33,523 bases of DNA from an uncultured Bacilli bacterium (GCA_947626095.1 CANQQV010000016.1:1-33523); one strand, 5' to 3'; numbered from the stretch's first letter, positions 1 to 13,675 are shown. A program made the numbers and translations. The notes: generated by a model from the letters alone, not told the origin.

Positions 1-4924
<4,924 letters not shown>

Positions 4925-5019
4925 TTTTTGTTTCACCCCTATACCTAATATTTGTTTTAATTCCAGACAAAAAACAATATGTCACTAAGTTATGATTCTA
5001 CGTGACGGCTTATTTCTTG

Positions 5020-5625
5020 TCAATTATTTTCGGCCTTTATAATATAAAAACCTTTGCTTTTTTCGACTACTTCACACTTATAAGTTTCCTCTAAATGTTT
5101 TAAAGTACTCTTTGCTCCTTGATCTTTTCTTATAACCATCCAGAGCTCACCACCCTCTTTAAGATAGTCTCTTGCTCCGTCTAAGATGCTGTAAACAATT
5201 TCTTTACCTGCTCTGATTGGGGGATTTGTTATAATTAAATCATATCTATCAGTAATGTTTTCATAAACATTACTTTCTATCACTTGAACTAAATGAGAAA
5301 CACTGTTGGCTTCAGCATTCTTTTTAGCCAAATGTAGAGCTCTTCTATTAACATCGCACAAAGTTGCCTTTGTACCCAAAATTTTGGCCATAGATATACC
5401 TAGCAAGCCATATCCACAGCCGACATCTAATATATTTAAATTATCATTATTAATATTTTTATGTTTAAATAAAGTTTCCAACAATAAATTACTTCCAAAA
5501 TCAATTTTATTTTTTGAAAAAACCCCATTATCACTATAGAAGGTTAAATTATAACCTTTATACTTATAAATAATGGTTCTTAGCTCACTTTTCAAATCAG
5601 GGTTATTAGTAAAATATTGTTCCAA
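5020..5625 (-). CDS. rsmC: Class I SAM-dependent methyltransferase, RsmC/YbxB (MTS) family
   Basis: GVFSK..IDFGS, LDVGCGYG and NPPIRAGK motifs. Lies directly upstream of rpoB, as ybxB does in Bacilli. TTG start after GGTGA. Confidence 0.9.
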   Translation of the reverse strand: MEQYFTNNPDLKSELRTIIYKYKGYNLTFYSDNGVFSKNKIDFGSNLLLETLFKHKNINNDNLNILDVGCGYGLLGISMAKILGTKATLCDVNRRALHLAKKNAEANSVSHLVQVIESNVYENITDRYDLIITNPPIRAGKEIVYSILDGARDYLKEGGELWMVIRKDQGAKSTLKHLEETYKCEVVEKSKGFYIIKAENN

Positions 5626-5664
5626 AGAATCACCAGTTTCTTTTTTTAAGACATAATATACTTA

Positions 5665-5693
5665 ATTATATATTTATTGACATGAAAAGTCAA
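5665..5693 (-). promoter_or_regulatory. Sigma-A promoter of the rsmC-rpoB-rpoC unit
   Basis: Minus strand TTGACT (5693-5688), 17-nt spacer, TATAAT (5670-5665). Confidence 0.8.
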
Positions 5694-5764
5694 TAAAAGT
5701 AATTCTTATTGTACTTATTTTTTACAATTTTGCAAGTATATTTTAAAGAAAATAAAAAAAAGAT

Positions 5765-6700
5765 TTATTTTTCAATTGTAAATAAATCTTTTTCTTCTAT
5801 TTTTGTTTTAAAATATGTTACCTTTTCTGCCCAATGTTCATCAACACGTGTTCTTGTTCCATGAACATATGGCCCAGATAAGATTAGGATTGCATCAGGG
5901 CTACTCATATCTACTTCATATGATTGAATTATATTTTTTAAAGATAAAACATAAGCGATAATACCAGCTTCCAATGTTGGAAACTTCATCCAACCATCAT
6001 ATCCCTTTTGACCACCTAAGTTATTACTATTAACAAATAAACTACTTGTATGAATACCTGTTTCATGATAACTAATAGCTAAAGCTAATGATTTATCAAT
6101 GCCAAACATATCACATAATTTACCAAGATATTGATAAATTGTTAAACCATCAATCATTATAACATTATCAACAAGCACTCTTCTTGTTTCAACTTCATCA
6201 GAAATACGAATTTCCCCATAAGTTGTCCCATACTTTTCTGGATTACGATATATATCTCTTACAAAATATATTACTCCTGCTTCAAAGCTATCAAAAGCTT
6301 GGGCTTTAGCTCTATACTCATCTGGTACTATTATATAATCTTTATTAAACGTTTCATCATTAAAGTTATCTGTTAGATTATGGGCTATTTCTAAAGTTTT
6401 AGTCGCATCCAAATTAAACTTTTGTGCATAGTAGATAACAGTATTATCTTTTTGGCGTGTTTCTGTTAAATTACTTAAATTGACAAAGAAAGGTCTTTCA
6501 GATAATTTAACCACATCATCAATCGTCGCCGGAGAACTAGTTATCGTCGTTATTCTTTTGGCAACACCAGAAGATCTAACAGCAAAAATATTTTCTCTAT
6601 CTAAAACAACGAACATTCCAACAGTAACTATGAATAATAAAATAGGAATACACATAATAACTTGTTTTCTAAGACGTAATTTATGTCTTCTTTTCGTCAT
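5765..6700 (-). CDS. Membrane-anchored lysozyme-like/glucosaminidase (GH73-like) domain protein with a tandem domain duplication
   Basis: Basic N-terminus followed by a TM helix. C-terminal FGID..LALAISYHETG...NNLGG...FPTLEAGI pattern typical of lysozyme-fold glucosaminidases. Confidence 0.7.
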   Translation of the reverse strand: MTKRRHKLRLRKQVIMCIPILLFIVTVGMFVVLDRENIFAVRSSGVAKRITTITSSPATIDDVVKLSERPFFVNLSNLTETRQKDNTVIYYAQKFNLDATKTLEIAHNLTDNFNDETFNKDYIIVPDEYRAKAQAFDSFEAGVIYFVRDIYRNPEKYGTTYGEIRISDEVETRRVLVDNVIMIDGLTIYQYLGKLCDMFGIDKSLALAISYHETGIHTSSLFVNSNNLGGQKGYDGWMKFPTLEAGIIAYVLSLKNIIQSYEVDMSSPDAILILSGPYVHGTRTRVDEHWAEKVTYFKTKIEEKDLFTIEK

Positions 6701-6725
6701 ACAAATTCTCCTTTGTATGTATATA

Positions 6726-6754
6726 ATTTTACTTGATAATTAAAATTTAGTCAA
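6726..6754 (-). promoter_or_regulatory. Sigma-A promoter of the lysozyme-like gene
   Basis: Minus strand TTGACT, 17-nt spacer, TAAAAT. Confidence 0.6.
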
Positions 6755-6808
6755 ACTTACTTCTTTTTTGCCATTTTAGGCAGTGTCTATTAACACTTTT
6801 GTTGACAA

Positions 6809-8038
6809 CTATTTAAATTCTTTTGTAAAATTTCCCTCTTGAAAAATTAATACTTCTTTACCATCTTTCGTAATACCGGTTATCTCTAAATCTTTTGTTC
6901 CAATCATAAAATCTACATGATTAGTACAATCATTTAAATTATTTTCTTTTAACTCTTTTTTCGTCATTTTAGGTCCATTCTCTATACATTCAGGAAATGA
7001 ATCTCCCAATGCTAAATGACAAGAAGCATTTTCATCAAATAATGTTTCATAAAAAATAATATTTGATTTAGAAATAGCTGAGTCATATTCAACTAAAGCT
7101 ACTTCTCCTAAACGATTAGAATTCTTACAACCAGAAATAATATTTTCTAATATCTTCTGTCCCTTCTTAGCATGACATTCTATTGCCACACCTTTCTCAA
7201 ATTTAATATAAAAATCTTCAATAATATTATCTTGATAAGCTAAAGGCTTACTTGAATAAACAATCCCTCTTGCACTTGTCGCATCAGGTGATGTAAAGAC
7301 TTCTTCTGTTGGAAAATTTACTAATACTTCTTTTTTATTAGCTAGTTTCTCTTTGCCAGAACACCAAACATGCTTTTTAGGTAAATCAACTTCAAAATCA
7401 GTACCTAAAGAATTCTTATATCTTAATGTTTTAAATTTATAAGCATTAAGTTTTTCACATCTCGTAGCTAAAGAAGCAATTTTTTTATCCCATAACTTTT
7501 CGGGATTACTTGAAGTTATTCCACATATTTCCAAAATTTTATTCCATAAATCATTTTCAGGATCTTTACTATTCGGAAATACTTCCTTCGCCCATTCTAA
7601 TGTTGGCACCGCTGCAATACACCAAGGAACCATTGATTTAGCACGTAAATCATCAAACTCTTTTCTTGTTTCAAAGCCATAAATTGTTAATGCACTCATC
7701 TTATCTGGATCAACATCCTTCATTAAACCAGGCGTTTCCGAAGCTAACATAACAAAAGCTGCACCCTTTTTCGCATATTCATTCCAAGCTGGACGATTCC
7801 AAAAACTAGTTTTCTTTAAATCCTTTTCCTCTAAATTAATTAAGGCATCATGCTTTAAATAAGGATCAGAGGCATCAAAATAAATATCTTTAACTCCAAG
7901 CTTATAAGCTTCATTAGCTAAAATTCTCGCAAAATCTCTTCTAGCTACATTATAACTTATGAACAAAGGTTGATTTTTTTGCACTTTTAAACAAGTATTT
8001 AAAATTACTTGGGCATATTTTACTAATAATTTATCCAT
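6809..8038 (-). CDS. Aminopeptidase, M29 family (AmpS/PepS/AmpT)
   Basis: NFPTEEVFTSP, RLGEVALV, LFDENASCHLALG and HVDFMIG motifs. Start more likely ATG 8038 (after GGTGA) than 8053. Confidence 0.93.
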   Translation of the reverse strand: MDKLLVKYAQVILNTCLKVQKNQPLFISYNVARRDFARILANEAYKLGVKDIYFDASDPYLKHDALINLEEKDLKKTSFWNRPAWNEYAKKGAAFVMLASETPGLMKDVDPDKMSALTIYGFETRKEFDDLRAKSMVPWCIAAVPTLEWAKEVFPNSKDPENDLWNKILEICGITSSNPEKLWDKKIASLATRCEKLNAYKFKTLRYKNSLGTDFEVDLPKKHVWCSGKEKLANKKEVLVNFPTEEVFTSPDATSARGIVYSSKPLAYQDNIIEDFYIKFEKGVAIECHAKKGQKILENIISGCKNSNRLGEVALVEYDSAISKSNIIFYETLFDENASCHLALGDSFPECIENGPKMTKKELKENNLNDCTNHVDFMIGTKDLEITGITKDGKEVLIFQEGNFTKEFK

Positions 8039-8094
8039 ATTCTCACCATCCATTTGCTATTATACCATAAATTACCAATTTTATTCTCAAGACT

Positions 8095-8121
8095 AAAAAA
8101 AAGATAAACTAAGTTATCTTT
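8095..8121 (-). terminator. Probable intrinsic terminator after the 8120-8494 gene
   Basis: AAAGATAA/TTATCTTT inverted repeat followed by a T run on the minus strand; AT-rich and weak. Confidence 0.5.
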
Positions 8122-8494
8122 ATTTAATATTATCTAAATTCCCTTTTAATACTTTAACTTTCCATCCCATTAATTCATCTAAATAAGGTTCATAATAATC
8201 ATTTAATAAATATACATCTTTATTAAAATAAAAAGCAAAAGCTATCTCCGCAAAAGAATTAGGTCCTATATAATTGTTAATATCTTTCTTAGTCGCATTA
8301 ACAACTAAAACCATTTCATTACTAGGATCAGCTATTCGCTTAAAATGCGCACGCGAAGCAATCTCCTTTGATTTACCTTCCATACATTCCACTGGTAATA
8401 AAACATTAAACCCCTTATCTTTTAAAAGATCAGCTACTTTAATTATTTCATCTTTTACTTTCATACTTCCACAAAGCACAATATTTTTCATCAA
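8120..8494 (-). CDS. Small Rossmann-like protein, nucleoside 2-deoxyribosyltransferase-like
   Basis: IVLCGSM...VLLP...VLVVN...YIGPNSFAEIAFA...KDVYLL resembles the NDT-like fold, with a conserved Glu. Confidence 0.5.
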   Translation of the reverse strand: MMKNIVLCGSMKVKDEIIKVADLLKDKGFNVLLPVECMEGKSKEIASRAHFKRIADPSNEMVLVVNATKKDINNYIGPNSFAEIAFAFYFNKDVYLLNDYYEPYLDELMGWKVKVLKGNLDNIK

Positions 8495-8500
8495 AATCCC

Positions 8501-9028
8501 CTACCTAATAATTTGCGTATCTTTACTATATTTTTTAACACACTTTAGAATATTATCTTCACACCCAATATCAAAATAAAAATAAAATGGAGTATCAGTT
8601 AAAATAGTTATTGAATATTTTTTAATAACAACCGCCTTAATTTTTGACCACTTAAAAGTTATTTTTATGTCATAATATGAATCATTAGTTAAGCCATCCT
8701 CATCTAAAAGACACTCCCCTTTAAAACATTTAGTATAACGATAACAACGAATAGCTAAAAAACGAATTAATTCTACAACTAAATAAATTAAATCAAAGAA
8801 AAGAATAAGTGACAAAAACAAAGTACTACAACTACCACAAGGTTTCATCACAAAATAAACAATAAGTCCTATCACAAACCAAAAACCAAAATTACATAAT
8901 AAATGCGGTAAAAAATTCAATTTATTAACTTTCCCCTTTTTTATTATTTGCTTACGATGACGCACCACATTCAAAGTTTCATTATAAATAGCTAAATAAT
9001 TTTTTGATAAATCACATTTTATTTTCAT
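8501..9028 (-). CDS. Membrane protein, YcxB-like
   Basis: Two TM helices followed by a beta-rich domain containing FKWSKIKAV. Confidence 0.55.
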   Translation of the reverse strand: MKIKCDLSKNYLAIYNETLNVVRHRKQIIKKGKVNKLNFLPHLLCNFGFWFVIGLIVYFVMKPCGSCSTLFLSLILFFDLIYLVVELIRFLAIRCYRYTKCFKGECLLDEDGLTNDSYYDIKITFKWSKIKAVVIKKYSITILTDTPFYFYFDIGCEDNILKCVKKYSKDTQIIR

Positions 9029-9152
9029 CTAACCACATCCTTACCTATATCATATCACTAATAAAAAATAAATTTACTATTTACTTAACATAACTTGACA
9101 ACTTAACTAGATTTTCTAAAGAAACTTTGCTAAATTAAAAAATGGTGATTTT

Positions 9153-9878
9153 ATGAAATACATCATAAAAACTAATCCTTTGATAATGACTAATATCAAT
9201 TATGAAGAATTAGATAAAATCGAAAATAAAATTAAAAACAAACTTCCTTTAACCATAGCAGAAGCTAATTATTTTTTAGACTTTGTTGTATATACAACAA
9301 GATGCAAAATCGTTAAAGATTTTAATGAAACCTTTGAATACAAATGTGATTTAGCTCAAAGTATTATAACCTACTATTTAAAGAGTATAGGCGTTGAAAC
9401 CTTTCCTAACGCAACACAAACTGCTATCTCACCAAATATCGAAGGACATAATTTTAACATTGTAAGATTAAATGTCTTAGATCAAATAAAAGACTACATT
9501 GTTGATGCCACTTATCGACAATTCTTCTTAAAAGAAAATTGTCAGGATAGCAAATTTATTGTTTATAATGGTTTAGTTTTAGTCTCTGCTCATCCTGGTT
9601 ATTTCATAAAAAAAGAAGATTACGAACTAATTGAAGATTTCTTAAAACATGGATACATGGAAATGAACGAAAAAAATGCTAAAGTTTATGGTGATAGTTT
9701 TTTTCAAACCAAAACTAATATTCCCAAAAAAGATATACCTACTTACAAATTACCTGGTACATCATATATAAAATTATTCTTAAAAGGTAACGTTAGCTTA
9801 AGTAAATCTGAAGAGGAATTACAAACAAACAATCTATTAATTTCTTTACCACCAAAAGACAAGCCAAAAACTCTTTAA
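9153..9878 (+). CDS. Hypothetical protein with a transglutaminase/papain-like Cys-His-Asp triad
   Basis: KC65DLAQ, GH99NFNIV, IVD118ATYRQFF; GGTGA RBS. Confidence 0.55.
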   Translation: MKYIIKTNPLIMTNINYEELDKIENKIKNKLPLTIAEANYFLDFVVYTTRCKIVKDFNETFEYKCDLAQSIITYYLKSIGVETFPNATQTAISPNIEGHNFNIVRLNVLDQIKDYIVDATYRQFFLKENCQDSKFIVYNGLVLVSAHPGYFIKKEDYELIEDFLKHGYMEMNEKNAKVYGDSFFQTKTNIPKKDIPTYKLPGTSYIKLFLKGNVSLSKSEEELQTNNLLISLPPKDKPKTL

Positions 9879-9971
9879 TACTTTAACAAGTATATTTACA
9901 CCAAAATATTTATATTTAATGACTATTATATTATTCGTGTTATAATAAATATAATAAGTGAGGTAATTTAT

Positions 9972-10751
9972 ATGAATAATGAAAATAATCAATTTGGCTT
10001 TAATAACAATCCCAACGATATGAACAATCAAAACAATTTTAATCAAGGAATGCCCCAAGATCAAAATTTAAATAACGGAACCTTTTTTAATCAAAATGTT
10101 CAACCACAACCAATGCCTAACATGCAACCTAATCCAACCCCAGATTACAATAGCATGAATCAAGGTATGCAACCTAATCCAGGTTTTAATCAAAGTATGC
10201 CAATGAATAATGGCTATAATACTCAATTTAATAATGTTCCAAATAATGGTATGGATCCAAACATGAATAACACTCAAATGCCATTCCCTAATTATGGCCC
10301 TGGTAATGCTCCAGTTCCAACTAATAATGGAAATAAGAAAAATACAATGCTTGGTATTGGTATCGTTGTTGGTGTAATAGTTCTAATTGTTGTAGTTGTT
10401 TTAGTCTTCGGTAATTTCGGTAGCAAAACTCTAACTTGTGAACAAACACAAAGCTTAGGTAATATTGACATGAAAATAATTGAAAAAATCAAATACAAAA
10501 AGAAAGGCGAATCAACAATTAATAGCACAATAATATATTCTAAAGATGGCGGTTTTTCTGATGAAGAATTCGACATGATAAAAGATAGTCTAGAATCATC
10601 TGATAGTGACGATGTTTTAGGTGAAGATGTAAAAATTACCAAAGATGGTGACGATATTAAAATTACCGGAACAATAAAAAAAGAAGTTAACGAAAAATCT
10701 TATGATGAACTTAAAGAAAGTGCTGAAGACGACGGATTTACTTGTAAATAA
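9972..10751 (+). CDS. Single-pass membrane protein with an Asn/Gln/Pro/Met-rich N-terminus and a Cys-bounded C-terminal domain (DUF1307-like)
   Basis: About 120 aa of low-complexity sequence, a TM helix, then KTLTC...GFTCK. GAGGT RBS; TG-T-TATAAT upstream at about 9938-9946. Confidence 0.8.
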   Translation: MNNENNQFGFNNNPNDMNNQNNFNQGMPQDQNLNNGTFFNQNVQPQPMPNMQPNPTPDYNSMNQGMQPNPGFNQSMPMNNGYNTQFNNVPNNGMDPNMNNTQMPFPNYGPGNAPVPTNNGNKKNTMLGIGIVVGVIVLIVVVVLVFGNFGSKTLTCEQTQSLGNIDMKIIEKIKYKKKGESTINSTIIYSKDGGFSDEEFDMIKDSLESSDSDDVLGEDVKITKDGDDIKITGTIKKEVNEKSYDELKESAEDDGFTCK

Positions 10752-10769
10752 AAAGAATAATTGAAAAAA

Positions 10770-11441
10770 TTATTCTTTTTTTGTTTTAAGTTCATACACA
10801 ACATCTACATTATCACAAACATTCTTGGAATGAGTTACGATAATAACACACTTATTTTCCTTATGTGCTAAATTTTTAAAAATGTTAAGTATTTCATCTT
10901 CTGTTTCTTTATCTAAATTACCTGTCGGTTCATCAGCCAAAATAATTTGTGGATTATAAGATAGACTTCTCGCAATTGCTATTCTTTGTTGTTCACCACC
11001 AGATAATTTTAAAACTCTTCGATTAGCAAAGGATTCATTAAGTCCAACCTGTCTCATCAAATCCAAAGCTTTTTCTTTTTTATTTGGAACTTTAACCTTA
11101 CTAATATCCATTGATAAAATTATATTTTCACTCGCCGTCAAATGCGGTAATAAATTATAACTTTGAAAAACAATCCCTATATAAGTATTTCGATAAGTAT
11201 CAAGATTAATTGTTTTTAAATCTTTATCTTCATAAAATATTTTACCTTTATACTTAGTTTCTAGTCCACTTATTAAAGATAATAAAGTTGTCTTACCACT
11301 TCCACTCTTACCTTTAATGGCATATATTTTACCATTTGCAAATTCATAATTAATATCTTTTAAGACATATTCATCTTTTTTAGCATCTTCGTATCGATAA
11401 CTAACATCTTCTAACTTTAATATTGCTTTACTCTTTTTCAT
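10770..11441 (-). CDS. ABC transporter ATP-binding protein (LolD/MacB-like)
   Basis: [28 protein letters not shown] and VTH motifs. Confidence 0.95.
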   Translation of the reverse strand: MKKSKAILKLEDVSYRYEDAKKDEYVLKDINYEFANGKIYAIKGKSGSGKTTLLSLISGLETKYKGKIFYEDKDLKTINLDTYRNTYIGIVFQSYNLLPHLTASENIILSMDISKVKVPNKKEKALDLMRQVGLNESFANRRVLKLSGGEQQRIAIARSLSYNPQIILADEPTGNLDKETEDEILNIFKNLAHKENKCVIIVTHSKNVCDNVDVVYELKTKKE

Positions 11442-12922
11442 TAGCTACGCTCCTTTAATATAGTTAATGGTGAGAACCTTTCAATACTAATCATAGATGC
11501 TGTCGAACTAATTAAAGTTAATAATAAACCGATACCCATTAATTCTAATAATACTTTTATATCAACTGCTGCATCTATTGATTTAATCGCGTCAACTTGT
11601 ACAACACCATTTGGTTTACCAAAATCGTGGTTACCCATTTTACCACCAAAATTCTGTTCAATATTTTTTGTCTCTGCTACAGCATTATTCTGTTCATTTT
11701 TTAATAAATAATTTGAAACAGAAACACTACTTAAAGCCCCAATACCAGCTCCAATTAATAAGCCAAAGAACGAAACAATAACTAATTCGATAATAAATTG
11801 ACAAGATAGTAAACTTTTTTTCATACCAATTGTTCTTAAAACACCAATTTCATATTTTCTTTCACGAATATTTAACATATTTAAAACAAATAAAACAACT
11901 GCTCCAATTAATAGCGTAATAATTAAAAAAGTTGTCGCAAATGTTTTAACATTACTAACTGTTTGCGTTGAACCTTCTATCTCATCTAAGTTAGTTGTAA
12001 CAGATAAATATTCACTTAAACCTTTTTCAGTTAATTCAGCACTAAACTTATCTACAACATCCTTACTAGTTAAAATAAAAGTAGGAGTTAAAGAAAGAGA
12101 AAGATCTTCATTATTTTCTTTTAACTTATTAATAACATTAGTATTAGTAATAATATTATTAACAGATCCAGTAAACATACCCATGGCACTATCAGTTTCT
12201 TCCTCTTCATCAAAGAAACCTGTAACAGTTAAGGTTATCTTATTATCTTCATCAGTCGAATCAACTAAAACAATTTCATCCCCTACTTCTATGTCATTTA
12301 AACTAGCCAATTCTGTATTAATAATACAAGAAAGACTACTAATATCATCAGATACTTCACCATCAACTATTTTATACTGCCCATTAATAAATTCTTCCAT
12401 CGCTTTTAATGATGAATAACCTATTAAAGTAAAATCACTGCTTTGAATATTTTGAAAATTTTCACGACCTCCACGACCACCATTCGGCATTCCTGGACCA
12501 TTAGGATTCTCATCTGTCATTTCCATTGAAGCTTTTTCTAAAGTTTCAGAATTAACTCCCACATTTATTTGATAATAATATTCTTTAACATATTCACTAT
12601 CTCCATAATTTTCTACATCAAGAGTAGTCATTTTATTAGCTTCATTAAACATATTATTCATGTTTTCTCGACGATCTTCTTTTTCTGCATCCGGCGCATT
12701 ACGATCCATTTGCATTTCGTCCCTCATTTGTTCACGATTAACTCCAATTGTTGCTTTTACATCATATTTATTTTCATATGAACTAATTAAAGATGTCGCC
12801 GAAGTAATAATCGCTAAACTAATAGTTGCTGCACAAGCTATAACCACAACTATAATCCCAATTAATAAATTTCTTCCTTTATTACGCGTTATTGACTTTA
12901 AAGCATTTTTAACAATATACAT
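11441..12922 (-). CDS. ABC transporter permease (FtsX/MacB-type)
   Basis: One N-terminal TM, a large extracytoplasmic domain, ERKYEIGVLRTIG, and three C-terminal TMs. Stop overlaps the ATPase start. Confidence 0.92.
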   Translation of the reverse strand: MYIVKNALKSITRNKGRNLLIGIIVVVIACAATISLAIITSATSLISSYENKYDVKATIGVNREQMRDEMQMDRNAPDAEKEDRRENMNNMFNEANKMTTLDVENYGDSEYVKEYYYQINVGVNSETLEKASMEMTDENPNGPGMPNGGRGGRENFQNIQSSDFTLIGYSSLKAMEEFINGQYKIVDGEVSDDISSLSCIINTELASLNDIEVGDEIVLVDSTDEDNKITLTVTGFFDEEEETDSAMGMFTGSVNNIITNTNVINKLKENNEDLSLSLTPTFILTSKDVVDKFSAELTEKGLSEYLSVTTNLDEIEGSTQTVSNVKTFATTFLIITLLIGAVVLFVLNMLNIRERKYEIGVLRTIGMKKSLLSCQFIIELVIVSFFGLLIGAGIGALSSVSVSNYLLKNEQNNAVAETKNIEQNFGGKMGNHDFGKPNGVVQVDAIKSIDAAVDIKVLLELMGIGLLLTLISSTASMISIERFSPLTILKERS

Positions 12923-13101
12923 GATAACTTCTCCTTTTTGCTATTTAAATCTTATAAGACAAAAATGAAAATTATGTGAAGAACTGTTGTAAATTTAATG
13001 AAATGTTTTTATTACTACTGTTTACATATAATAATATTCAATTATAAAAATTTAAAGCATATATGATATAATTTATTTAATAATAAGTGAGGTATTAATT
13101 T

Positions 13102-13635
13102 ATGAATATTGAAAATGAAAATCAAACTAATAATAATCAAAACGGAATGAATAATAGTAGTAATCCTAATACACAATCACCAACAAATAGTAATACCAAA
13201 AAAGCAATCCTCGGTATTGTTGCTAGTATTGGTGGTATAGTCTTAGCCTTAGTCTTAGTTGTAGTAATAGGATTAGTCGTAACTAAAATTGGTAGTAAAA
13301 AATTAACCTGTGAAAACACTATTAATTTAGCTAATGGTGAAATAAAATTCGTTAAAGAAATAACTTATAAAAAAAGAGGATCAGCTCCCGAAAAGGATTC
13401 AATCATCATAAAATTAGATGAAAAAATTGATGATGAATTTTATGAAGAGTATAAAGCAAAAGCTCCATTCTTATTTAGGGTTTACCATGACCTTAAGCTT
13501 GATGAAGACGATTTTGAAATCACCAGAAAAGATAATGAAATGGTAATTTCTGCTAATACGGAAAATAGTTTTGTAGGAAAATCATTTGAAGAAGTTAAAG
13601 AAAAAGAAGAAAAGTTTGACTATACTTGTAAATAA
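13102..13635 (+). CDS. Single-pass membrane protein, paralog of 9972-10751
   Basis: Asn-rich N-terminus, TM helix, GSKKLTCE...YKKRG...KSFEEVKE...YTCK. Confidence 0.8.
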   Translation: MNIENENQTNNNQNGMNNSSNPNTQSPTNSNTKKAILGIVASIGGIVLALVLVVVIGLVVTKIGSKKLTCENTINLANGEIKFVKEITYKKRGSAPEKDSIIIKLDEKIDDEFYEEYKAKAPFLFRVYHDLKLDEDDFEITRKDNEMVISANTENSFVGKSFEEVKEKEEKFDYTCK

Positions 13636-13640
13636 TAATT

Positions 13641-13675
13641 AAACTTAGTTAAGTTTAAAACTTAACTAAGTTTTT
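13641..13675 (+). terminator. Long perfect inverted repeat, probable terminator
   Basis: AAACTTAGTTAAGTTT-A-AAACTTAACTAAGTTT (16-bp arms) ending in a T run, directly after the 13635 stop. Confidence 0.65.

Noticed and set aside
4960-5010. GTCAC...GTGAC hairpin with a T run in the rsmC-rpoB spacer as an attenuator
   Set aside because: The stem has only about 5 firm base pairs and the T run is not adjacent; too weak to call.
5722-5736. TTACAATTTTGCAAG, one mismatch from the BceR-like site, upstream of the rpoBC promoter
   Set aside because: AT-rich context makes a chance match likely, and the promoter is already near consensus.
5306-8579. Plus-strand ORFs 5306-5539, 6480-6743 and 8274-8579
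   Set aside because: Antisense to well-supported genes, with typical shadow-ORF composition.
9846-13319. ORFs 9846-10064, 10068-10277, 10292-10642, 12183-12419, 12569-12781, 12660-12968 and 13137-13319
   Set aside because: Antisense shadows. The Ile/His/Trp-rich ones are just the reverse complement of Asn/Gln/Pro/Met codons.
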